A stretch of DNA of 64,000 nucleotides from an uncultured Bacilli bacterium (lineage in GTDB: Bacteria; Bacillota_I; Bacilli_A; RF39; UBA660). Where the stretch lies: positions 13,451-77,450 of the forward strand of contig CAKOHV010000003.1 in assembly GCA_934086145.1 (NCBI GenBank), given 5' to 3'. This document shows positions 29,687 through 38,256 of the stretch, one piece after another. How positions within the stretch are numbered: the stretch's first letter is position 1; every line of letters starts with the position of its first letter. The position numbers and the translations under genes are program-made. The notes under the pieces were generated by a model that searched no databases, was not told the DNA's origin, and saw only the letters and a program-made list of their open reading frames with translations.

Positions 29687-30970
29687 ATGAAATTTAATAT
29701 TATTACTTTTGGTTGTAAAGTTAATGCTTATGAATCAGAATATATTAAAGAACAATTTTTAAAAGATAACTTTATTTATGAAGATGATTCTAAAAAGAGT
29801 GATATTGTAATTGTTAATACGTGTAGTGTTACTAATACAGCTGATAATAAATGTTTAAAAACAATTCGCGGGGTTAGACGTGATAATAGTAATTGTATTT
29901 TAGTCGTTTGTGGTTGCTCGGCTGAAAATCATCGTCATGAATTTGATGAATTAGGAATTGATATTTTAATTGGTACTAAAAATAAAGCTAGAATATTAAC
30001 CTATGTTAAAAATTTTATGGTTAATCATGAAACTTATAGTGAATTTAGTGAAGAAAGACAATATGCTTTTGAAGATATGCAAGTTGAAAAATTCAATGAT
30101 TTGACAAGAGCTTTTGTTAAGATTCAGGATGGCTGTAATAATTTTTGCTCATATTGTATTATTCCTTATGTTCGTGGAGGAGTTAGAAGTAAAAATATTG
30201 AAACAGCTTATCAAGAAATTGCTGAATTAGTAAGTTCTGGGCATCAAGAGATTGTTTTTACAGGAATAAATACAGGAGCTTATGGTAAGGAAACAGGAGA
30301 ATATGATTTAGTTGACTTAATAAGAAGAATATCAAAGTTAGCTGGTTTAAAGCGTATTCGAGTTTCTAGTATTGAAATAACAGAGATAGATGATCGTTTT
30401 ATCGAAGAATTAGCCCAGAATAAAAAAGTTTGTGGTCATTTACATGTTTCTTTACAAGCAGGGTGTGACAAAATATTAAAGCTGATGAATCGAAAATATA
30501 AAAAGGCTGAATTCTTAGCAAAAGTAAAAAAAATTAAAGCAGTTCGTCCAGATGTTAATTTAACAACTGATGTTATAGTAGGGTTTCCAGGGGAAGATGA
30601 AAATGATTTTTTAGAAACGGTGGCTTTTTGTCAAGAAGTGGGCTTTAGTAAGATTCATGTTTTTCCTTACTCCGAACGTAAAGGAACGCGTGCTTATAAC
30701 ATGCCTAATAAAGTACCGGGCAACATTAGAAAAGAAAGAGCACGTCAGTTAATAAAAATAGATGAAGATTTACAAAGAAAATTTAATGAAAGATTTGTTG
30801 GGCAAGTAGTAGATGTCTTAATTGAAGAAGTCTTTGATAATAAGGCGATAGGTCATACAGAAAATTTCTTAAAAGTAGTCGTTAAAGAAAAATTAGAAAA
30901 AAATAAAATATATAAAATTTTAATTGATGAAGCATTAGTTGATGCAGTTAATGGAAAGTGTTTGAAATAA
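29687..30970 (+). CDS. mtaB: tRNA (N6-threonylcarbamoyladenosine37) methylthiotransferase MtaB
   Basis: N-terminal UPF0004 cysteines (TFGCKVN ... NTCSVT), radical-SAM CNNFCSYC, and a TRAM-like C-terminus. The MiaB/RimO alternative is less likely given length and context. Confidence 0.75.
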   Translation: MKFNIITFGCKVNAYESEYIKEQFLKDNFIYEDDSKKSDIVIVNTCSVTNTADNKCLKTIRGVRRDNSNCILVVCGCSAENHRHEFDELGIDILIGTKNKARILTYVKNFMVNHETYSEFSEERQYAFEDMQVEKFNDLTRAFVKIQDGCNNFCSYCIIPYVRGGVRSKNIETAYQEIAELVSSGHQEIVFTGINTGAYGKETGEYDLVDLIRRISKLAGLKRIRVSSIEITEIDDRFIEELAQNKKVCGHLHVSLQAGCDKILKLMNRKYKKAEFLAKVKKIKAVRPDVNLTTDVIVGFPGEDENDFLETVAFCQEVGFSKIHVFPYSERKGTRAYNMPNKVPGNIRKERARQLIKIDEDLQRKFNERFVGQVVDVLIEEVFDNKAIGHTENFLKVVVKEKLEKNKIYKILIDEALVDAVNGKCLK

Positions 30971-31007
30971 TAGTTTTTTTATTGTATACTTTATAGTAGG
31001 TGATACT

Positions 31008-31181
31008 ATGATAGATTTAACTAATTCATATGATTTTCGAATTGTTTTAAATGGTTCAAAACCAATTGGGGTGTATCATTCTTATAGTCCGACTATGTTA
31101 AATAGAAAGTTTAAGAAAGTCTCATTTGAAGTAAAAAGAAAAAGACTAGGATCAAGTTTTTGGAATGTTAAAATAGTGTAG
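31008..31181 (+). CDS. small basic hypothetical protein (57 aa), absent from the ORF track
   Basis: TAGGTGAT SD 4-5 nt before the ATG. Sequence MIDLTNSYDFRIVLNGSKPIGVYHSYSPTMLNRKFKKVSFEVKRKRLGSSFWNVKIV. Its stop is 9 nt before the next gene's start. Confidence 0.45.
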   Translation: MIDLTNSYDFRIVLNGSKPIGVYHSYSPTMLNRKFKKVSFEVKRKRLGSSFWNVKIV

Positions 31182-31189
31182 GTGATTTT

Positions 31190-32059
31190 ATGGAAAGAAC
31201 AGTGTATGTAACAGGAAATGATTTAAATGGTTTAAATTTACCGGCGAATGCAAATGGTTACAATTTAATAAGAGTTAATGCAACAGGATTTAAAGTCTAT
31301 GATGGAAAATATAGTGTTTGGTTAGGCGATCTTGTTCAATTAATGAATGGGTCTTACGTTTATCGTGAAAGACTAGGAGCTAAGGAAGAATTAGAAAAAG
31401 AAAAGGCGAAAGCAATTAACGAGCGCAAGGAAGCTCAAAAGCAAAAACATTATCAATTGGAACGTCGTAAAAATACGGTTAAATTAGCAGCAGTTTTGAC
31501 GGCTATACCACTTGCTGGAGCTGGTGTATTTGCTGGAATTAATAAAGTGGCCGATAAACAACCGAATGCTTCTTTTGTAGCACACTTATCAGAAATTCCT
31601 GATAAGGGAGTAGCTTTAAGTGATGTAAATCCTTTGATTGCTCAAGAATACTTAAATTATTCATTAAGTCAGGCATCTGAAGCTTCAAGAAATTCGTCTT
31701 CTCCGCAAGTTCAAGAATTATATGATCGTCTTTATGAATATTATGCTATTCCGGTTTATACAGCTTATTATGATTATGTTGATTATCAAACAATGGGGTT
31801 ATCTGTGGAACAAGTAGCTGCTTCTTTAGAAAATTATCATACAGAATTGAATAATTATGAAGGAGCCATTACCAATTTTTATGGCAGTATTTTTAGTTTT
31901 GGAGCATCCCCTTTAATAGCTTCAATCGTCAAAGATGGTAAAGTTTATGTTCCAGATACAGGTTTGAAAGAACCTGATGAGGAATTAGACAGTGATTCTT
32001 TTGTAATTAATGGAACACTATATGTTCCTTTTAAAGAAAATAAAGAGTTAAGAAAGTAA
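31190..32059 (+). CDS. hypothetical protein with a central TM segment
   Basis: GGTGAT SD. Coiled-coil EKEKAKAINERKEAQKQ followed by TM helix LAAVLTAIPLAGAGVFAGI. No family recognised. Confidence 0.5.
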   Translation: MERTVYVTGNDLNGLNLPANANGYNLIRVNATGFKVYDGKYSVWLGDLVQLMNGSYVYRERLGAKEELEKEKAKAINERKEAQKQKHYQLERRKNTVKLAAVLTAIPLAGAGVFAGINKVADKQPNASFVAHLSEIPDKGVALSDVNPLIAQEYLNYSLSQASEASRNSSSPQVQELYDRLYEYYAIPVYTAYYDYVDYQTMGLSVEQVAASLENYHTELNNYEGAITNFYGSIFSFGASPLIASIVKDGKVYVPDTGLKEPDEELDSDSFVINGTLYVPFKENKELRK

Positions 32060-32086
32060 ATTTCAAAGAAAAAAAGTTATTAAATT

Positions 32087-32116
32087 AAAAGGATAGCAGG
32101 AAACTATTCTTTTTTT
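32087..32116 (+). terminator. weak intrinsic terminator
   Basis: GGATAG / CTATTC stem (one G-U) flanked by A4 and T7. Confidence 0.4.
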
Positions 32117-32204
32117 GACCGGTAAGAACTTTTTTCTTAGACAAGAACATATGTATGTGATATTATTATGTTTGAGTGTCATAATTATTTAGTAGGTGAA
32201 CGCA

Positions 32205-34397
32205 ATGAATTACATTAGAGGAAAATTTAAGCAATTAATTTTTGAAAGTGATAATGGATACAAAGTCGGCCTTTTTAGAATAAAAGAAACTGATGATGAG
32301 GAAATGAAAGACTTTGTCAATAAGACTATTACTTTTACGGGGTATTTTGCTAGCATTAATAGTGAAGATTATTACTGTTTAAGTGGAAACTATGTTCTTA
32401 ATGAAAAATATGGTTATCAATATCAGGTAACGAGTTATGAAAGAGAAGAACCTAAAGGTAAAGATGCGGTAATTGCTTTTTTATCGAGTTCTTTAATTAA
32501 GGGGTGTGGGGAGAAGACTGCTACCCAAATCGTTGATACCTTGGGAGAAGATGCCATTAATCTTATAAAAGAAGACTATACTAATTTATTTAAGGTTACA
32601 GGAATTAATGAAGTAAAAGCTAAAAGGATTTATAATTCAATAATCAAGTATCAAAGTACAGATGAAATAATTATTGAATTAAAAAAGTTAGGATTTACAA
32701 TTAATGAAGCTTTAGCTATCCTAAATAAATACGGAGATAATTCATTAGATGTAGTAAATACTAATATCTATTGTTTAATAGAATTAATCGATTTTGTGAA
32801 ACTTGATAAAATATTTCTTACTATTAAGGATGCAATGGAACCAGAACGTATTAAAGCTTGTATTATTGAAACTTTTAAAAGATTAGGGATGAAAAATGGC
32901 GATACTTATTTTTATAAAGAAGAAATTTATAATGTTATAAGAAATGAATTTAAAATATTTATTGATATTGATGAATTAGATATTTATTTAGAAGAATTAA
33001 GTGTTGGTAATGATATTATTATTGAAGATGAAAAGTACTATTTAACGGAGTATTACTATTATGAAAAGGATATCGCTCAGAATTTACAATTAATCGAAAG
33101 AATGAGTACGGATGAAATAGCAAATTTTGATGACTTGATTGCTGATTTACAAGCTAGTAGTGATGTTAAGTATAATGTTGATCAAAAAAAGGCTATTAAG
33201 AATGCCTTGGAAAATAGAATTACAATTATTACTGGTGGACCGGGAACCGGAAAAACGACAATTATTAATGCTATTGTTAAATTATATATTAAATTAAATA
33301 AACTTGGGACTAAAGATATTGCTAATAATATTGCTTTACTAGCGCCAACGGGCCGTGCAGCGAAAAAAATGAGTGATTCAACAGGGTTGCCAGCGATGAC
33401 TATCCATCGTTACTTAAAATGGAATAAAGAAAAAAATGAGTTTCAAATTAATGAGTATAATAAGAATGGTCATAAGTTAGTAATTGTTGATGAAACAAGT
33501 ATGATAGATACTTTCTTATTTGATTCTTTATTAAAAGGAGTTAAACATAATATTAAGTTGGTCTTAGTAGGTGATTCTAACCAACTTCCTTCGGTGGGAC
33601 CGGGAATGGTTTTAAATGATTTAATTGCTAGTGATATGTTTGTCCATAGTCCTTTAGAAAAAATTTATCGTCAAAGTGATAATTCGTATATTCCTGTTTT
33701 AGCTAAGGAAATAAGAGAACATAACTTGAGTCGAGACTTTATGAAACAAAAAGATGATTATAATTTCTTAGATGCCCAAGGCTTAGGAATTAAAGAAATG
33801 ATTAGAAAAATATGCATGATGAGTAAAGAAAAAGGTTTGACGGAAGAGGATATCCAAATCTTGGCCCCAATGTATAAAGGGGAAAATGGAATAGATAATT
33901 TAAATGTTTTATTGCAAGATATTTTTAACCCAAAAGAAAAAGGCAAAAAAGAAGTAAAGTTTGGAGACGTTATATATCGAGAAAATGATAAAGTCTTACA
34001 ATTAGTTAACGATCCAGATAATAATGTCTTTAATGGTGATATTGGGTATATAAAAAAAATCAATGTAATTACGCAACCAAAGAAAAAAGAATTATTGACT
34101 ATTGATTTTTTAGGTAATGAAGTAATCTATCAAAGAGAAGACTTAATAAATATTAAGCATGCTTATGCTATTACGATTCATAAAAGTCAGGGCTCAGAGT
34201 TTGCTCACGTTATAATGCCAATTTCGAAGTCATATTATAAGATGCTTTATAATAAACTTATATATACCGGGGTTTCACGTGCTAAGAAGAGTTTAGTAAT
34301 TATTGGTGAAGAACAAAGTTTTGTAATGGCTACGAATAATGATTATTCTAATAATCGTAAAACTAATTTAAAACAACAATTAATGAATAATATGTAA
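32205..34397 (+). CDS. recD2: ATP-dependent RecD2-type (RecD-like) DNA helicase
   Basis: TAGGTGA SD before ATG 32205. N-terminal OB and HhH region. Walker A GGPGTGKTT. LVIVDETSM, VGDSNQLPSVGPG. C-terminal AITIHKSQGSEF. Confidence 0.85.
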   Translation: MNYIRGKFKQLIFESDNGYKVGLFRIKETDDEEMKDFVNKTITFTGYFASINSEDYYCLSGNYVLNEKYGYQYQVTSYEREEPKGKDAVIAFLSSSLIKGCGEKTATQIVDTLGEDAINLIKEDYTNLFKVTGINEVKAKRIYNSIIKYQSTDEIIIELKKLGFTINEALAILNKYGDNSLDVVNTNIYCLIELIDFVKLDKIFLTIKDAMEPERIKACIIETFKRLGMKNGDTYFYKEEIYNVIRNEFKIFIDIDELDIYLEELSVGNDIIIEDEKYYLTEYYYYEKDIAQNLQLIERMSTDEIANFDDLIADLQASSDVKYNVDQKKAIKNALENRITIITGGPGTGKTTIINAIVKLYIKLNKLGTKDIANNIALLAPTGRAAKKMSDSTGLPAMTIHRYLKWNKEKNEFQINEYNKNGHKLVIVDETSMIDTFLFDSLLKGVKHNIKLVLVGDSNQLPSVGPGMVLNDLIASDMFVHSPLEKIYRQSDNSYIPVLAKEIREHNLSRDFMKQKDDYNFLDAQGLGIKEMIRKICMMSKEKGLTEEDIQILAPMYKGENGIDNLNVLLQDIFNPKEKGKKEVKFGDVIYRENDKVLQLVNDPDNNVFNGDIGYIKKINVITQPKKKELLTIDFLGNEVIYQREDLINIKHAYAITIHKSQGSEFAHVIMPISKSYYKMLYNKLIYTGVSRAKKSLVIIGEEQSFVMATNNDYSNNRKTNLKQQLMNNM

Positions 34398-34427
34398 TAA
34401 TTGGTTCATAATACTATTAGAGGTGTT

Positions 34428-34577
34428 ATGAAAATGAAAATAGATATGAAAAAAGTAAAAGATGTATCACTAATTGTATCAGGAATGGTACTTAGTGGAA
34501 TGATGGGATACATGGCCTACATGATTAAGGATAAAATTTGTTGCCAAAGTATCAAATGCATCATTGATGATATGTAG
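34428..34577 (+). CDS. small membrane peptide (49 aa), absent from the ORF track
   Basis: GAGGTG SD. Sequence MKMKIDMKKVKDVSLIVSGMVLSGMMGYMAYMIKDKICCQSIKCIIDDM: one TM plus a Cys-rich tail. Followed directly by a terminator. Confidence 0.45.
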   Translation: MKMKIDMKKVKDVSLIVSGMVLSGMMGYMAYMIKDKICCQSIKCIIDDM

Positions 34578-34583
34578 ATATGT

Positions 34584-34607
34584 AGGACCTAGGATTTAGG
34601 TCCTTTT
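34584..34607 (+). terminator. intrinsic terminator
   Basis: AGGACCTA / TAGGTCCT 8-bp stem with a 5-nt loop and TTTT. Confidence 0.7.
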
Positions 34608-34620
34608 ATTAGGTGAGAAA

Positions 34621-35640
34621 ATGAATAATTATAAAAAATTAAAAGAATTAGCTTTATTTTTACTATGTATAATATTATTTATAGTAATTGTTAAGTATTT
34701 GGGAGTTATTGAATTTATTGGTTCTTTATTTAAAGTATTATTACCGCTTTTTGTTGGGTTTATTTATGCATGGCTGATTAATCCATTAATAGATAAATTA
34801 GGTAAGAAACATAATCGTAATTTAATTTGTCTGCTGTGTTTTTTATTAGTTTTATTTATAATTGGATTGTTTATTTATTTGCTTATTCCGACTTTATATA
34901 AAGAAATTCAAGAAATTGTTGTAATTATTCCAGAAGTTAGTGATAGTGTTATTTTACGTTTACAAAAGTATGGCTTAGAAAAAGGTTTTATTGATTTTAG
35001 TCAAAACTTAGTAAATAATGCTCCTTTATATATTTTGAAGATGGCCCAAAAGTTAGTAAAAATTGGGGGTGTTTTGGGAGTTGGTTTAGTATTGGGGCTT
35101 TATTTATCAATGGAATATAATAAGGTTATTGAATTTATGTATAGTAATATTCCTAGGCAAAAAAAGTGTGTGATGATTAATCTTTTTCAGGATGTCGGAA
35201 CTTGTGTTAGGAAGTGTGTTAATGGAACTTTACTGGTGGCTTTCTTAGTCTTTGTTGGGGATACACTTTGTTTTATGTTATTAAAATTAGAAGCGCCTCT
35301 TTTACTGGGAATGTTTTGTGGTCTGACTGATTTGATTCCATATATTGGACCATATATTGGAGGAGCATTAGCGGTCTTAGTTGGTTTTACAGAAGATAAG
35401 GTATTAGGTTTATTTACTTTAGGAGCTTGTGTTTTAGTCCAAGTAATTGAAAATTATGTCTTGCAACCTTTAATAATGAGTAAAAGAATTGAAATAAGTC
35501 CGGTTTTAATAATTAGTGGTTTACTGATTTTTGGTAATTTATTTGGAGTAGTGGGCATGATTTTAGCAACACCATGTGTGGCGATGATGAAAGTTTTATT
35601 TATGTATGGCGTAAAGGCTTTGGATAAATGTAGTAAATAA
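34621..35640 (+). CDS. AI-2E (PerM) family transporter, second paralogue
   Basis: AGGTGAG SD. Polytopic, with family-like TDLIPYIGPYIGG and VIENYVLQPLIMSK motifs. Confidence 0.75.
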   Translation: MNNYKKLKELALFLLCIILFIVIVKYLGVIEFIGSLFKVLLPLFVGFIYAWLINPLIDKLGKKHNRNLICLLCFLLVLFIIGLFIYLLIPTLYKEIQEIVVIIPEVSDSVILRLQKYGLEKGFIDFSQNLVNNAPLYILKMAQKLVKIGGVLGVGLVLGLYLSMEYNKVIEFMYSNIPRQKKCVMINLFQDVGTCVRKCVNGTLLVAFLVFVGDTLCFMLLKLEAPLLLGMFCGLTDLIPYIGPYIGGALAVLVGFTEDKVLGLFTLGACVLVQVIENYVLQPLIMSKRIEISPVLIISGLLIFGNLFGVVGMILATPCVAMMKVLFMYGVKALDKCSK

Positions 35641-35653
35641 ATATGAGAAAAAG

Positions 35654-35682
35654 TTGACAAATATTTAGAAAATTAGTAAAAT
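35654..35682 (+). promoter_or_regulatory. sigma-A type promoter
   Basis: TTGACA 35654-35659, 17-nt spacer, TAAAAT 35677-35682. Confidence 0.55.
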
Positions 35683-35710
35683 TGAGTTCCAGCTAGAAAA
35701 GGGGGATATT

Positions 35711-35968
35711 ATGGCGGAAAACAAAGAAATGAATTTAAGAAAATATATTATTTCAAACTTTGTTAAATATTTTGATTTGACTAATGAAAGAATGGATTTT
35801 TTAGGAGAAGTATTAACAATGTATAATGCAGATAATGTATCTGTTAGCGAATTTAAAGAAAGATTTTTCTTAGATAATCAAGATTATTTTGGTATCTTAA
35901 CTTTTATTTTAGATACTACTAATTTAGCAAAATTAAATAAAAAAAATAAGACTTTAAGTCTTAGTTAA
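35711..35968 (+). CDS. hypothetical protein (85 aa)
   Basis: GGGGGA SD. No family recognised. Confidence 0.45.
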   Translation: MAENKEMNLRKYIISNFVKYFDLTNERMDFLGEVLTMYNADNVSVSEFKERFFLDNQDYFGILTFILDTTNLAKLNKKNKTLSLS

Positions 35969-35970
35969 TA

Positions 35971-35998
35971 AAAAATTATATCGTTTGATATAATTTTT
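35971..35998. terminator. bidirectional A/T-flanked hairpin terminator between convergent genes
   Basis: AAAAATTATATC / GATATAATTTTT 12-bp stem with a 4-nt loop. Confidence 0.55.
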
Positions 35999-36718
35999 TT
36001 AATGGTATACTTCTAATTTGTTAGTTATTAAGTAGACCGTGAGATAAAGGCTAAGGACAGTAATTAGGAGGATTAAACAAGAATAAACTAAAAGTGAAGA
36101 ATTACCTATGATATTTTTGATAAAATTAGTACAAAGGCTGAAAAGAAGATAGGTTATAATGTATGAAGCGATGCGATGGTTATCTTTTTTCGGATATAAA
36201 CTTTTTAAACTAACATAGCTTAAGGTAATTAAAGATGTGAAGAGTAAGGATGAGCTACTAAGAAAAATGAGGAGGTCATTAAAACTATATTGCGGAAATT
36301 TGATTGCCCAGAGGTGTTTAATGATTCGGAATATATCATAAACGGTTTGACTACCGACAACATAGTAGATGCCAAGAGCTAAAATAGGAATAAAAGATAG
36401 ATTTATTATCATGGAGATAATGTATTTCGCGATTGTTAATTTTAAGGGAGAAAGAGGTAACATACTCTCTAAAAGAAAGGTCTTGTTTTTAAAGGTATTA
36501 ATAGTATGTTCGGCTCCTTTTAAATAACAGGAGAAAATATTTAATATTACGAGAATAATAAAAGCGATGATAATTATAGCTTTTAAGAGAAAAGGAAAAG
36601 CAATAGTTTTATTGTAAAGAATAATAATTGTTAGTAAATAGACAATTGCTAAGATTATATAGATACGATAATTTTTTTTGAGATAATCAATAAGTTCCCA
36701 TTTAATGTATTTAAGCAT
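35999..36718 (-). CDS. polytopic membrane protein, probable permease partner of the upstream ABC ATPase
   Basis: Six or so hydrophobic helices. Its start overlaps the ATPase stop by 8 nt (translational coupling). Confidence 0.6.
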   Translation of the reverse strand: MLKYIKWELIDYLKKNYRIYIILAIVYLLTIIILYNKTIAFPFLLKAIIIIAFIILVILNIFSCYLKGAEHTINTFKNKTFLLESMLPLSPLKLTIAKYIISMIINLSFIPILALGIYYVVGSQTVYDIFRIIKHLWAIKFPQYSFNDLLIFLSSSSLLFTSLITLSYVSLKSLYPKKDNHRIASYIITYLLFSLCTNFIKNIIGNSSLLVYSCLILLITVLSLYLTVYLITNKLEVYH

Positions 36719-37412
36719 TTAAGAACACCTCCACATATTTTTGTTCAATAGTTTGCCCATTTTGCGTAATATTTTTAACTGAATCTGTATAGATTACTTG
36801 TCCATCTTTTAAGAAGATTACTTCATCAAGGACTTCTTCGGTATCTTTTACGAGATGAGTTGAGATTATAAAGGTTTTGTTAGGAGTGGCTTCTTCTTTT
36901 ATGACTTGGATCATTTCCGCTTTTACTAAAGGATCAAGGCTGCCGAGAGGTTCATCAAATAAGTAAATAGGTACTTGTCGTGATAAGGTAAGCATTAAGA
37001 AGACTTTTTCTAAATTACCTTTGGATAATTCGATAATTTTAGCTTCTGTAGGTATGGCTAGTTTTTCGCATAAAGTTTGGGCTTTTTCACTATCAAAGTC
37101 ACAGAAAAGTTCTTCATAGTATTTAATAGCTTCCGTAACATTCATCGTATCATATAAGAACTCTTTATCAGGCATAAAAGAAAGAAATTTACGCGTTTCA
37201 AAGCCGGCGTTATGACCAAGAATTTTTATGGTTCCAGCTTGGGCTTTTATAATAGCCATAATTGTTTTTATAAGGGTTGTTTTACCACTACCGTTAGGGC
37301 CTAAAAGACCAATGGTATGTCCTTTAGTAATTTTAACTGAAAGATTATTTAAGGCTATTTTAGAACCATATTTTTTAGTTACATTGTCAATTTCAAGATA
37401 TGTATTATTCAT
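36711..37412 (-). CDS. ABC transporter ATP-binding protein
   Basis: GGTGG SD before ATG 37412. Walker A GPNGSGKTT, signature LSKGNLEK (degenerate LSGG), Walker B IYLFDEP. Confidence 0.85.
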   Translation of the reverse strand: MNNTYLEIDNVTKKYGSKIALNNLSVKITKGHTIGLLGPNGSGKTTLIKTIMAIIKAQAGTIKILGHNAGFETRKFLSFMPDKEFLYDTMNVTEAIKYYEELFCDFDSEKAQTLCEKLAIPTEAKIIELSKGNLEKVFLMLTLSRQVPIYLFDEPLGSLDPLVKAEMIQVIKEEATPNKTFIISTHLVKDTEEVLDEVIFLKDGQVIYTDSVKNITQNGQTIEQKYVEVFLNA

Positions 37413-37522
37413 TTTTACCACCAATCTATTTTTATGATTATATCATATTATGAAGGCTAATTCATTAAATATTAGGAAAAAATAAGCTTTACAAACTAGA
37501 AAAAAGAAGATATAATTTATTT

Positions 37523-37719
37523 GTTAAATTTTTATTAATCGTTGATGGAATAAAGAAACTTTATGAAATTTAAAGAGAGCTAATGTAGGTGGGAATTAGT
37601 AATGGATTAAAGATAAGAGCAGATTTCGGAGGTTAAGCGGTTAGTACCGTTATCATAATTAAGTTAAGTAAAGGATGGTACCGTGCTTTAAGCACTCCTT
37701 AAGTATCATTCTTTTTTTT
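37523..37719 (+). promoter_or_regulatory. T-box riboswitch leader (probably Ala-specific)
   Basis: Promoter TTTACA 37488-37493, 17 nt, TATAAT 37511-37516. Stem I elements GTTGATGGAA and AGAGAGC. T-box sequence AAAGGATGGTACCGTG at 37670-37685. Terminator GGATGGTAC 37673-37681 / GTATCATTC 37703-37711 plus T8. Candidate specifier GCA at 37619-37621 is unverified. Confidence 0.8.
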
Positions 37720-37731
37720 AGGAGATGATTT

Positions 37732-38256
37732 ATGAAAGTAATATTGATATCTGGCCATGCTGGTTGTGGAAAAAATCAAGTTGCATCATATATAGAAAAA
37801 TATGTTGATAAAACAATTGTTACGGGTTTTTCAAAGTATATAAAATTACTAGCTAGAGAGATGACTTCTTGGAATGGAAGTGAAGAAGAAAAGCCGCGAA
37901 CGTTCTTACAGACAATGGGGGATAAATTTCGTGCGATAGATAAAGATATTTTAGTTAAGAGAATGTTAGAAGATACGATAATTTATAAAGAATATTATAA
38001 TTGTGTAGTAATTAGTGATGTAAGATTGAAAGAGGAAATAAATTATTTTAAAGAACATAGTAAGGATGATGTGATAACAATTCGAGTTAATTGTCAGACG
38101 AATGGTCGACGAAAGTTAACTAAGGAAGAACAAGAGCATCAGACCGAGAAAGATTTAGATAATTATAATTCTTTTGATTATGTTATAAATAATAATTATG
38201 ATGAAAATTTAGAAAAAGAAGTAATAAAAATAATTGAAAAGGAGAATTTAAAATGA
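37732..38256 (+). CDS. P-loop nucleotide/nucleoside kinase-like protein (dNMP-kinase-like)
   Basis: AGGAG SD. Walker A ISGHAGCGKN at the N-terminus. VISDVRLKEE resembles the Walker B/lid region of small nucleotide kinases. Overlaps the alaS-like start by 4 nt. Confidence 0.45.
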   Translation: MKVILISGHAGCGKNQVASYIEKYVDKTIVTGFSKYIKLLAREMTSWNGSEEEKPRTFLQTMGDKFRAIDKDILVKRMLEDTIIYKEYYNCVVISDVRLKEEINYFKEHSKDDVITIRVNCQTNGRRKLTKEEQEHQTEKDLDNYNSFDYVINNNYDENLEKEVIKIIEKENLK

